DNA of 64,000 nucleotides. It comes from Candidatus Nanohaloarchaea archaeon. Lineage in GTDB: Archaea; Nanohalarchaeota; Nanosalinia; Nanosalinales; Nanosalinaceae. The stretch covers positions 1-64,000 of the forward strand of contig JACOQA010000004.1 in NCBI GenBank assembly GCA_014297435.1, given 5' to 3'. Numbering within the stretch: the first letter of the stretch is position 1; every line of letters starts with the position of its first letter. A program made the translations under genes and the position numbers. The notes beneath the pieces are model-generated. The model was not told the origin of the DNA. It did no database searches and worked only from the letters and a program-made list of their open reading frames with translations. Shown here piece after piece: positions 56,201 to 64,000 of the stretch.

Positions 56201-58055
56201 GCCTCTCTTTTTCGAGTAGCAACGTGTAGTCCTGCTGCCCTATCTCCGGCACACTTGACCCCTTTACTTCTACGGTCAAATCTCCGCTTTCAGGTATATA
56301 GACCTTTTCCACGTTGTTCAGATCGTCTGACTTGTTTCTCCAAGGCTCCTTTGTAGCACGTGAAGAGTTGAGTGTCCAAGGATAGAACCTCTGACCCATC
56401 GAGTTCTTTACAATGAGATCAAGATTGTTCACTAAATTAAAACCTGAGGAGGATTCGGCTGCGGGGTCGGACCACACAAGTGTTAAGTTAGCCGAGCCCT
56501 CTACGTCAAGGCTGTAACTATCTTTTTCGCCTGTTAAGACCGATCCCCTCTTTATCAGGTCTCCTTTGTCTGCACGAAGGTAATCTATAGATCTTGAGAC
56601 ATTCAGTAATCCCCAGCCAGTTTTGTAGCTGGGTCCAGCCGAGTTGAGATCAGTTGCTGTATGTATCATCAATCCTTTTAGCTCCGAAGGTGTAGCGTTC
56701 CTGCCTTTCAACTCTCTGAACTCCTGCTGTAGAAGTAGTATAGCTCCTGATACAGCGGGTGATGACATCGAAGTTCCTTGTTTAGCGGCGTATGAGTTGC
56801 CAGGAACAGTGGAAGTAACAACCTCTCCTTTTGCCATGAGATCGGGTTTTATCCTTCCGTCATCCGTAGGACCGTAAGATGAAAAGCTTGATCTCTTGCC
56901 TGAACCATCAAGCGAACCTACTACGATAGTGTTTTTTGCCGTAGCTCCAGGTCCCGTCAGTGTACTGCCATCGCCACTACATTCACCTAGATTTCCGGCT
57001 GAGAAGACCACTGGTATACGCTCCACGCTTGTTTCTCCGGCAACTACATCATCATAACCAGCACTTCTTTGGGTATAAGCTCCAAGGATATCTTTTTCAT
57101 CTGAACAACCTATATCGAATCCCCATGAGTTTTGTGATACTTCCGCATCGTAATTACTAACTGCATCCTTGTGCTCATTAACTAGTTCAGAGTAGTCAGC
57201 AGGCCATTCATAACTAGCAAGTGTTGCATTAGGCGCGATACCACGATAAAGAGGATTCTTTTTTCCTGCGCCAAGCACGGTTCCGGCAACATGCGTGGCG
57301 TGATCACTAACCGAACAAGCAGACTCTGTGCAGCCTGAGTCCCCTCTAACAGTTTTTCCGGAGTAGTTTAGGTCAACGTGTTGTGCTGCCCAGCCACCAT
57401 CCCATACTGCACCCCTTACACCTGATCCGTTGAGTTCAGTATCCCAGCTTTTCAGCCTGTCTACCTCGATCATGTCCCGGGAACCATCATTCATAACTTT
57501 AAGAGGTGGTGGAGGCGGGCTTATCCACTTTACTGGTCCCTTAGCGAATTCTGACGGTTCTTTTTCTGTCCTAACCTTCCAGCTCTTTTTTCCTCTTGAA
57601 ACAAGTTCGCCGGTTCTTTCAACAAATTCCTCTTTCTCTTCCTGACCTGTATTGTTGAAGAACTCAATTAGGAAAGTATTTTTCTCAGTATTAGAGCTCA
57701 AGTTTCTGTCTTTAATACTGGGAGAAATCCTGTCCTCTGGATTAATATCCAGCACATTAACCTTTGGATTGGTCTCAAGCCTTTCCACAGCGGAGGACGT
57801 AAGATCAGCGTAGTAAGCGTTTTTTGGTATGTACCCCATCAGCTCAACGCCTTTAATTTTACCGTTTGAACGATTAGGAATATCATCGAACTCTAGGATG
57901 TGATATCCGGGTTCAGTTTGGGTTCCAAAAGCACTGATCGAAGGTTTTTCAGGTTCAACAGCACCTGATTTCAGGTTTACCTTTCCGGCTGAAGTCGACA
58001 CCAGCAATAATATCAGAAGTATAAGTCCTAGAAGCCTCCATGAACCATCAGCCAT
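53277..58055 (-). CDS. Large membrane-anchored S8 subtilase with Ig-like repeats
   Basis: Signal peptide; triad WDGG / DHATHVAGT / GTSMSSP; repeated VDT.PP Ig-like units; S/G linker; C-terminal TM. Confidence 0.93.
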   Translation of the reverse strand: MADGSWRLLGLILLILLLVSTSAGKVNLKSGAVEPEKPSISAFGTQTEPGYHILEFDDIPNRSNGKIKGVELMGYIPKNAYYADLTSSAVERLETNPKVNVLDINPEDRISPSIKDRNLSSNTEKNTFLIEFFNNTGQEEKEEFVERTGELVSRGKKSWKVRTEKEPSEFAKGPVKWISPPPPPLKVMNDGSRDMIEVDRLKSWDTELNGSGVRGAVWDGGWAAQHVDLNYSGKTVRGDSGCTESACSVSDHATHVAGTVLGAGKKNPLYRGIAPNATLASYEWPADYSELVNEHKDAVSNYDAEVSQNSWGFDIGCSDEKDILGAYTQRSAGYDDVVAGETSVERIPVVFSAGNLGECSGDGSTLTGPGATAKNTIVVGSLDGSGKRSSFSSYGPTDDGRIKPDLMAKGEVVTSTVPGNSYAAKQGTSMSSPAVSGAILLLQQEFRELKGRNATPSELKGLMIHTATDLNSAGPSYKTGWGLLNVSRSIDYLRADKGDLIKRGSVLTGEKDSYSLDVEGSANLTLVWSDPAAESSSGFNLVNNLDLIVKNSMGQRFYPWTLNSSRATKEPWRNKSDDLNNVEKVYIPESGDLTVEVKGSSVPEIGQQDYTLLLEKERLRYPNITIESPNNTTYTDNSAYFNISTDMKIEKTLYAVDYGSNISMQNDTETHFYDKRDGLSEGFHNATFYAKHSSGGWNSSSINFTVDTVPPDIRIHQPKDRTYSKDELSINYTSKDANQVLYSNGSENKTLSGNKTFEFEEGYHDIILYVEDEHGNVNSTNRSFRVDTVPKLSLYSPQNRSYPGSFDLRYSVDQETTVEYNNGSDNKTITGNTSLDLEDGRYNLVVYATDPNGNTAKESVGLTVDTSKPNITVNEPAGKYREPFGTINISVNDSTHVEAVAEVRSEEDGKKNYTLALNNTYHFNNTVKFKETSYNLTYFVEDDVGNLAVSNSSLEIDSIAPTLKFSTIENTTYTTEKIWANISSNEDLKSADLYINGTSKGLKSKNSSFYYSRLDLKPGKTNITVNGTDKFNNTRFKSEFFTIENLAPKITNLDKRDVYKINDTVNLSYKMKEETPDTVKLKITYPNSTTETRKLGFPGENPYPSGFRKTELFNKTAQRGNYTAKVIVNDTYSKRNTLNETFEVRKPVNLTLRFKNGKKKNSVQHSIRGRNFTLKSSNTSAFNESIPEGVWDLEVGNNSNVELREVKISKDTNTTVNWSEDVSTDNLERKNTEFKEVIAADTDLNFSEAGLTIKYAETDSPKLLKCDEWSFERDECDSDWREIDSGEVNSTVAKTNVSSFSAYAVAEETESSTDSSDDSGGSGGGSSGGGSGSLTAFQQEDENQIQEERTVENDQAVFRNINISRDKKLDLEGLEGINSLVVDRTGEERINLTITRQMFEAEEFNILNSYSLDSSLQNSRFIINFSVSNELLNGSKIDVYVRRDPWQSIGSNKMAERSGKTHFSAVMSAPTEFAIGVKEIESTPAEDDSTLNNTEEEISEPEQQPRELVLPVVASLLLVLFACAGYLGFRMHRRKMLKLKLEQISKEIKNDLQEGGELPKDSIMKVEHAQKAMELGRYTKTEKILEDLESEL

Positions 58056-58094
58056 AACACATATCTAGAAAAAGCTGTTTTTTATCATATAGGA

Positions 58095-58736
58095 CTATTC
58101 TATAAGGAACTTCCTATAGAGATCCTTAGTATTTCTATAAACTACAAATCCAACGACTAAGAGAACTATACCCAGAGCTACAGCGGTCGAAGCTTTGTCG
58201 ATCTGTGAAGCAATATCTCTGAAACCCTTCTGAGCATACCAACCAATCATAGCTAACCCAAAGTTACGGGGAAGCATCCCTACGAAGCTCCAGAAGCCGT
58301 ATTTCCTCCAATCCATTCTAAAAAGACCTGCGCTACCTGAAATCAGCGAAAGAGGTACAAGCGGAATAGCCCTGAACAGAGCTACGTAGTATCCTTCACG
58401 ACCTGAATCGAAGTGATGTTCCAGACCTTCGATCTCCTTCCAAGAAATATCCAGGTAGCGACCGTACTTCTCGATTATAGGCTTGCCTCCCTTATATGCG
58501 ATCCCATAGACAAAATAAGAGCTTATCACTGAGGCAATTGATGCAGGAAGAGCAATCCAGAAAAATATCTCTAAAGCTGCAGCTCCGATTGTGGTTGCCT
58601 CTACTAGAAATGCTCCGGCAGCCATAGGTATAATCGGTGACGGAATCGGAACTATAACCTCCTCTATCACCATTCCCAGAACCACTGCTAGTAACTTGTA
58701 TTCTATTACGAGCTGGATTAGTTGGGAAGCTACCAT
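58095..58736 (-). CDS. DedA family membrane protein
   Basis: EEVIVPIPS, Y..GG, FRAIP, SGSAG. Confidence 0.9.
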   Translation of the reverse strand: MVASQLIQLVIEYKLLAVVLGMVIEEVIVPIPSPIIPMAAGAFLVEATTIGAAALEIFFWIALPASIASVISSYFVYGIAYKGGKPIIEKYGRYLDISWKEIEGLEHHFDSGREGYYVALFRAIPLVPLSLISGSAGLFRMDWRKYGFWSFVGMLPRNFGLAMIGWYAQKGFRDIASQIDKASTAVALGIVLLVVGFVVYRNTKDLYRKFLIE

Positions 58737-58780
58737 GGAAATAAAGTTAACACCTAGTTTAATGTAAAGACCTTAGTCGC

Positions 58781-60214
58781 TCATAGATCTGAGAGAAGTC
58801 CTTCAAAGAACTGAATAATTTTTTGAAGTAAACCGGTTTTTCTCTTGACTTCCTGTGTTCTGTTTGGAAGACTTAATTTCTGGATCTCTAAATTGCTGGA
58901 TGATCCTTCAGGCTTTGCTGTATAAACAGGATAATCAAAGTCGTTAACTTTTTCAAGACATTTTTCGAATTTCTCCCTCTCATTGTAATTACAGGGCTTC
59001 ATGTCCATCCTTTTACTGAAAAACTCCCACTTCTCCTCAGGGCTCTTAACCTTTGAATCGAAATCCATGCCCTCATAAAGTTCGTATATCGAACCGTTAT
59101 CCCTAACATAATTTCTCATAACGAGTTCTGAGTAAGCGTATCCGAAATCTCTGTAATCAGCAAAATTATGGGGGTTCCAGTTCTTCATGAAGCTCATATT
59201 TTGGTCGTAGTACTGCCAAAGTGTTTCCCTTGAGCCTTTCGACTCTAAGGAATAGATAACATTTTTCCCCTCTATCTCGGATCTATACTCCTCCTTCTCC
59301 CCGAATAGGGATCTGGGACCGATATCTATCCTTCCCGAATTGTAGAGTTTTTTCCTCATCAAAAACTCCGCATACTCGGAAGTTCCCTCCTCAAAGTAAG
59401 ATGACTTTGTTCCATCCCATTTTAGCTTCCTGTCGTTCAAACCGTGTACCACTTCATGCGACAGAACCGGTAGAGAACTTTCACCTAGATTTTTCCTAAG
59501 CCGGATGCTTCCTGAAACATATTCTCCTGCACTCCACCTGTTTACTGTTCTGTTGTACTTTTCACTGGGTAGAGTGGCAGCCGGAAATCTTTCGAAGCCT
59601 TGAACCTGTCCAATAGTTCCTACTGCTACAGTATAAGCTTCGTCCGCGTTTTCGGGCAGAGAGCCGAAGAAGTTGAAATAGTCGGTAACGTTCCCCTTCC
59701 CGAAGTTAAGCCTGATATTGGTAGGTCCTTCTCCTCTGAACTGCATTTTCGAGCCTTTGTACGATGATAAAAATCCGTAATCGATCCAACCCGAGATAAA
59801 GTCTACAACTTTTACAGTTCCAGTGGTTTTCTCTCCTTTGAAGCTTGGAAGTGAAAGTTCTCGTCTGTGCCAGTCCTCATGGATTTTTTCTGCCTCCTCA
59901 TTAATCTTCATCCTAATTTGCAGGGTTTCGGAATTCCTAGGTCTTCCTTTGTTTGTGGATACAATCACCGAATCGTTGGATAAAGTATAACTATCTATTC
60001 TACCCAAAGAGTCGTTAATACCAATTATTTCAGCGTTTTCAGGTATTTTCCAGTCCAGCCTCCAGTTTGATACAGGACATTCTTCCTGACAGTCAAGTTT
60101 GACTGTTGTGTTCATCAAAATCTTCTCTCTGTCCGCTTCAATACTGTACTGGACTTCGGCAGCGGATGAAGCAATGAAAATTATGAGTAGAACAAGAACG
60201 ATTTTTTTCCTCAT
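58781..60214 (-). CDS. Secreted putative gluzincin metallopeptidase
   Basis: Signal peptide from ATG 60214; HEVVH...FEEGTSEY. Confidence 0.7.
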   Translation of the reverse strand: MRKKIVLVLLIIFIASSAAEVQYSIEADREKILMNTTVKLDCQEECPVSNWRLDWKIPENAEIIGINDSLGRIDSYTLSNDSVIVSTNKGRPRNSETLQIRMKINEEAEKIHEDWHRRELSLPSFKGEKTTGTVKVVDFISGWIDYGFLSSYKGSKMQFRGEGPTNIRLNFGKGNVTDYFNFFGSLPENADEAYTVAVGTIGQVQGFERFPAATLPSEKYNRTVNRWSAGEYVSGSIRLRKNLGESSLPVLSHEVVHGLNDRKLKWDGTKSSYFEEGTSEYAEFLMRKKLYNSGRIDIGPRSLFGEKEEYRSEIEGKNVIYSLESKGSRETLWQYYDQNMSFMKNWNPHNFADYRDFGYAYSELVMRNYVRDNGSIYELYEGMDFDSKVKSPEEKWEFFSKRMDMKPCNYNEREKFEKCLEKVNDFDYPVYTAKPEGSSSNLEIQKLSLPNRTQEVKRKTGLLQKIIQFFEGLLSDL

Positions 60215-60266
60215 ACCCAAGGATTGGCTTGTAGCAAATAAAAGAACATATGACCAAGAATGTAGT

Positions 60267-60854
60267 ATGGCTATACTCTCGGACAAGGAGATTAGAAGGA
60301 TCGTAAGGGAGAAAAACGCGGTAGAAGCGAAGAAAGGTCCTGAAATAGATCTTGATCTTCAGGTTGGACCGGCCTCGATGGATTTCAGATTGGGATACGA
60401 ATTCGGCGTGATGAACACACGAAAGTTAGATATTATAGATACTAAGAACATGGAGAAGTACCAGAAATACATAGAGAAAGAGAAACATACTGCTGAGGAC
60501 GGTATTGTTATACATCCTGGCGAGTTCATCCTTGGTTCAACAATCGAGAAGATAAACCTGCCTGATAACATGGTTGCTAGAGTTGAAGGTAGATCCAGTT
60601 ATGGAAGACTGGGAATAATCGTTCACTCGACGGCAGGATTTGTTGATCCAGGTTTTGAGGGGGATGTAACTCTGGAGATCCAGAACCTTGGAAACGCACC
60701 CGTGAGAATGTATCCTGAAGACCGTGTATGCCAGGTAGCGTTCGAGACCATGGAAGGTGAGGTAGAGAGTCCTTACGGAGAGAAGAAAGACGTTAAATAT
60801 ATGGGACAGACCGGCGCAACCGGATCTAAACTAGACAGGGAGAAGAGGGAATGA
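60267..60854 (+). CDS. dcd: dCTP deaminase
   Basis: ILSD, PASMD, GRSSYGRLG, TAGFVDPGF.G..TLE, KY.GQ; ATG 60267. Confidence 0.94.
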   Translation: MAILSDKEIRRIVREKNAVEAKKGPEIDLDLQVGPASMDFRLGYEFGVMNTRKLDIIDTKNMEKYQKYIEKEKHTAEDGIVIHPGEFILGSTIEKINLPDNMVARVEGRSSYGRLGIIVHSTAGFVDPGFEGDVTLEIQNLGNAPVRMYPEDRVCQVAFETMEGEVESPYGEKKDVKYMGQTGATGSKLDREKRE

Positions 60855-61600
60855 AACCTGTAGACTGCCACTGCCATTTAGACTTCGAACAGTACAAAGA
60901 TGATCGAGAGAAAGTAGTTGAGAGAGCCAGAGACAATCTGGAGTTCGTCATTAACGCAGGAAGCAACTTGAAACATAACGGCAAGGCTCTCGAGCTACAG
61001 GCGAAATATGAAGGTTTTGTTTACGCTAATCTCGGACTACATCCTACTTATACCGAAGATTTTGACCAACTTGAGGAAATTAAAAAAAAGATACGGGATG
61101 AAGACCCTATAGCCATCGGCGAGATTGGTCTAGATCATCACCATGTAGAAGATGACGCAATTCGGGAGAGACAGGAAGAGGTTTTCCGCGGAATGCTTCA
61201 ACTAGCCGAAGAGCTTGAGAAACCAATTGTCGTACATACAAGAGATGCGGAGAAGAAATCAGTTGAGATTATAGAAGAATATGATATAGAGAACGTTATG
61301 CTACACTGTTTTAACGGCAAACCTGATTTAGCGAAGAGAGCAGCAAAAAATGGCTGGAAAATAGGTGTGACCACCCAGGTTCTCTATTCTGCAAGAGTTC
61401 AGAATATTGTTGAGAAGTTAAGCCTAGAATCTATTTTGCTGGAGACTGATTCGCCCTTCCTTTATCGCGGTGAGAGAAACGAACCTGCAAACGTAAAGGA
61501 ATCTGTAGAAAAGATTTCTGAGATCAAAGACCTCGAAGAGACAGAGGTTCACGAGAGAACTACTTCCAGCGCCAAAAAGTTCTTCGGCTTGGAAGGTTGA
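60851..61600 (+). CDS. tatD: TatD family hydrolase
   Basis: DCHCH, GLHP, IGEIGLD, VHTR, LHCF, LETDSP. Confidence 0.93.
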   Translation: MKPVDCHCHLDFEQYKDDREKVVERARDNLEFVINAGSNLKHNGKALELQAKYEGFVYANLGLHPTYTEDFDQLEEIKKKIRDEDPIAIGEIGLDHHHVEDDAIRERQEEVFRGMLQLAEELEKPIVVHTRDAEKKSVEIIEEYDIENVMLHCFNGKPDLAKRAAKNGWKIGVTTQVLYSARVQNIVEKLSLESILLETDSPFLYRGERNEPANVKESVEKISEIKDLEETEVHERTTSSAKKFFGLEG

Positions 61601-61646
61601 AGGGTTGAAGCGTATTTCTTTATATGTTGGGCATTAAGTATCCAAT

Positions 61647-62111
61647 ATGGTACTCGAAAAGTTCAAGGACAAGGTTTCTACGGAGCCTAATGTTGCGGTT
61701 TACGTTGACGGACCGAACGTGATCAGGAAACAGTTCGATTTAGACCTGGATGCTTTGAGAGAGAAGGTTGAAGACTTTGGAAACATAAAAGTTGGAAAAG
61801 TCTTCCTCAATCAATACGCCTCCGAAAAACTAATTGAGGCAATAGTATCACAGGGCTTTGAACCAGCTCTAGGTCTTGGAGGAGAAAAAGATAAAGAAAG
61901 CGATGTCGACGTCTATATGGCGGTAAATGCGATGGAATCCGTGTTCTCGGATGATATTGACGTAGTTGTTATCGTTACAAGAGACGCTGACTTCCTTCCG
62001 GTTGTTCAGAAAGCAAAAGAACATGGTAAAGAAACTGTAGTTATAGGAATGGAGCCAGGCTTTTCCACAGCACTTCAGAACGCAGCGGACGAAGTAATCG
62101 AACTAGACTAA
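61647..62111 (+). CDS. NYN domain protein (TIGR00288-like)
   Basis: VDGPN, DVDV, TRDADF, GFSTALQNAAD. Confidence 0.9.
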   Translation: MVLEKFKDKVSTEPNVAVYVDGPNVIRKQFDLDLDALREKVEDFGNIKVGKVFLNQYASEKLIEAIVSQGFEPALGLGGEKDKESDVDVYMAVNAMESVFSDDIDVVVIVTRDADFLPVVQKAKEHGKETVVIGMEPGFSTALQNAADEVIELD

Positions 62112-62114
62112 AAA

Positions 62115-62435
62115 ATGGCTCCGATCAACTTCAACCTTACATCTACCTTCGATCTTCTTGTAGGCATATTAATGCTGTTTACTGCATCTCCCGTCCCAGT
62201 AGTTTTTGCAGAAATACACGCATTCTTTCTGATCTTCAAAGGATCTGTAACCCAGATCAAGGGATTTCCTCCCGTGATGCCAATATTTATCTTGGGTACT
62301 GTAGCAGACCTAATCTCAGCAGCTATAATATATACTGGTAAACCGCCGATATTTGCTGATTACAAAGTATGGATAGCAGGATTCTTGGCTTTCAAAGGTT
62401 TTTCAAGCCTTCTCGGTATAATGTCGATGAGTTAG
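62115..62435 (+). CDS. Small membrane protein
   Basis: 106 aa hydrophobic, two internal D...KG repeats. Confidence 0.75.
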   Translation: MAPINFNLTSTFDLLVGILMLFTASPVPVVFAEIHAFFLIFKGSVTQIKGFPPVMPIFILGTVADLISAAIIYTGKPPIFADYKVWIAGFLAFKGFSSLLGIMSMS

Positions 62436-62442
62436 AAAAAAT

Positions 62443-62967
62443 TTATCTTCTGCCCTGAAGGTTCTGATTAATTCTCTTGAGGAGCTCAATAATCTGTTCG
62501 TTCTGCGACTTGAGTTCTTCAAAATCCCCTCTCTGATTGGCTACCGATTCATTCGAGGGCTGCAGTTCGTTTCTGCCTCTCTGACCCTGTCTTCCAAGAT
62601 CCTGCTGATTTCCCTGACCTTGGTGTCTTTGCTGTCTCTGGTTCTGATTCTGGTTGTTTAAACCTGCGTTCTCCATTTTTCTCTTCGTCTGGCTACTAAG
62701 CTGAGGTGAGCTAGAGCCTGGATCAGGTCTTCCAGCTTGGGCGTTCGGATGCTGACTGTTCTGAGATCTCTGGTTCCGGGAAGGGTTCGGATTCTGGTTT
62801 CTCTGACTCTTCTGGTTGTTGTTCATATTGTTTCCAGGCGGGGGATTGTTCTGTCCCTGATTATTATTTCCTAGATCCGGTTCGTCCAGCGAGCTGTCTA
62901 GATCTGCCGAGTCAAATCTGGAATCCTCATCGTTAGAGCCCGGCTTTAAGTCATCGAATACGCCCAT
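62443..62967 (-). CDS. Q/N-rich low-complexity protein with C-terminal coiled coil
   Basis: From ATG 62967 (MGVFDDL); ends ELKSQNEQIIELLKRINQNL. Confidence 0.75.
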   Translation of the reverse strand: MGVFDDLKPGSNDEDSRFDSADLDSSLDEPDLGNNNQGQNNPPPGNNMNNNQKSQRNQNPNPSRNQRSQNSQHPNAQAGRPDPGSSSPQLSSQTKRKMENAGLNNQNQNQRQQRHQGQGNQQDLGRQGQRGRNELQPSNESVANQRGDFEELKSQNEQIIELLKRINQNLQGRR

Positions 62968-63039
62968 AGAGCCTTGTTTAAAAACTTGGTTGATAAGGTT
63001 TCCGGCCTCTTTAAGTACAAGTTTGACTAAAAACCAAGC

Positions 63040-64000
63040 GTGAGCCACGGTCACGACTACTCTGATACTGAACACTGCGAGTTCGGTCACACCTTCGTAG
63101 ACGAAGACGGTCCCAAGTACCCCCGAGAGGTAGAAGGTGAAGAAATCTACAGCTTAAGCGACTTAGAGGAAGCTACTGATGACACATTTCTGAAACCTAT
63201 AATGGGCGATCAGTGGAAAAAGATGAAAGTCAAAGGCTCACAGGGAGACGGCTTCGGAGCAATACTAGAATCAATCGACACATTTGACACTGATAAGGAC
63301 TGGGAGGTTTCAATGGTAGCCGAAGAACTTTTTGTATCGCCTCAAAGCGAACTGCATGGAAGCTACATGCAGCAGAGACAGCAGGCAGAACAAAGAGTAA
63401 AGGAAACGATGAGAAGTCTTTCCGAACAGATAAAACAGAAACATATGCTAGAACACGATATTAGGAAGCTTAGATCAAGAGCTGAAGCGATGGAAGATCA
63501 GGATGACGCAGTTCTTAAAGGTGATTTCGTCGAGTTGGTCGATTCTGCTGGAGGCGGACAAGGTGCTGCACCTGGCTCACTTGACTTCCTTAGAAACAAC
63601 AATATCTACCCTACAATCGTCTCAGACTTCAATGAAATGGATTCTGTAGAGGATCTGGAAGACGATGGAGTTTTAGGAGACCTTCCAGAGAATGAGAAAG
63701 CCATACTAAAGAAAAAATTCAAAATGTACGAGAAGTGGAAAGATCTTTACGGCTCCGAGGTACAGAGAAAACTGAGAGAGCTTAAGGGCGAACTAAGAAG
63801 CACTGAAAGATCGATCAGTGAGACAAAAAACTGGTTAGAACCTTACATCAAGGACATGGTCACGATCAACGACATGACAGCCGGCGATACAGACCAAACG
63901 AAGGGAATGAACCCTCAGTACATTTCGAGAGGCTACTCGTCCATGGAGCGCCACATGACCTATATTGCTTATCAGCCTGTGAAGCCTGAGAACGGCAACT
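63040..64000 (+). CDS. Hypothetical protein, truncated by window edge
   Basis: GTG 63040, frame open to the window end (MSHGHDYSD...KHMLEHDIRKL...LKGDFVELVD...WLEPY), acidic with coiled-coil segments. Confidence 0.75.
   Translation, partial: MSHGHDYSDTEHCEFGHTFVDEDGPKYPREVEGEEIYSLSDLEEATDDTFLKPIMGDQWKKMKVKGSQGDGFGAILESIDTFDTDKDWEVSMVAEELFVSPQSELHGSYMQQRQQAEQRVKETMRSLSEQIKQKHMLEHDIRKLRSRAEAMEDQDDAVLKGDFVELVDSAGGGQGAAPGSLDFLRNNNIYPTIVSDFNEMDSVEDLEDDGVLGDLPENEKAILKKKFKMYEKWKDLYGSEVQRKLRELKGELRSTERSISETKNWLEPYIKDMVTINDMTAGDTDQTKGMNPQYISRGYSSMERHMTYIAYQPVKPENGN

Noticed and set aside
695-60571. Numerous antisense or alternate-frame ORFs in the track (e.g. 1093-1530, 20413-20946, 28032-28622, 48338-48937)
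   Set aside because: They are Ser/Phe/Leu-rich shadows of acidic genes on the opposite strand or frame, with no motifs

Overview
Gene-dense archaeal chromosomal segment. Strongly acidic proteins, TATA boxes about 30 nt before mostly leaderless starts, GGTGA Shine-Dalgarno (SD) motifs and compact housekeeping genes point by inference to a halophilic DPANN archaeon (Nanohaloarchaeota-like). Core genes: trxB, gatA/gatB/gatC, ftsZ (FtsZ2-type), ABCE1/RLI, rps17e, nurA, metG, valS, aRF1, dcd, tatD and a PAN-like ATPase. There are three tRNAs: Gly-GCC with a canonical intron, Arg-CCT, and Arg-TCG with a D-arm intron. Accessory content includes a HTH-MNT/HEPN pair with a 20-bp-periodic operator array, an NrtR-pncA-pncB NAD-salvage regulon with four GT-N7-AC boxes, a processive GT2, tandem vWA-CARDB surface proteins, a 1592-aa subtilase and a few pseudogenes. 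The most notable observations are: (1) five hairpins with an identical TTGGGC motif upstream of ftsZ, plus a second structured C-rich element downstream of it; (2) an orphan, extensively paired ~290-nt RNA candidate at 2811-3098; (3) an ABCE1 whose Fe-S domain has no cysteines; (4) metG, and probably two more genes, lacking an ATG/GTG/TTG start and showing ATT at SD spacing. No CRISPR array, rRNA, integrase or transposase was recognised. All calls come from reading the sequence by eye; no database searches were run.
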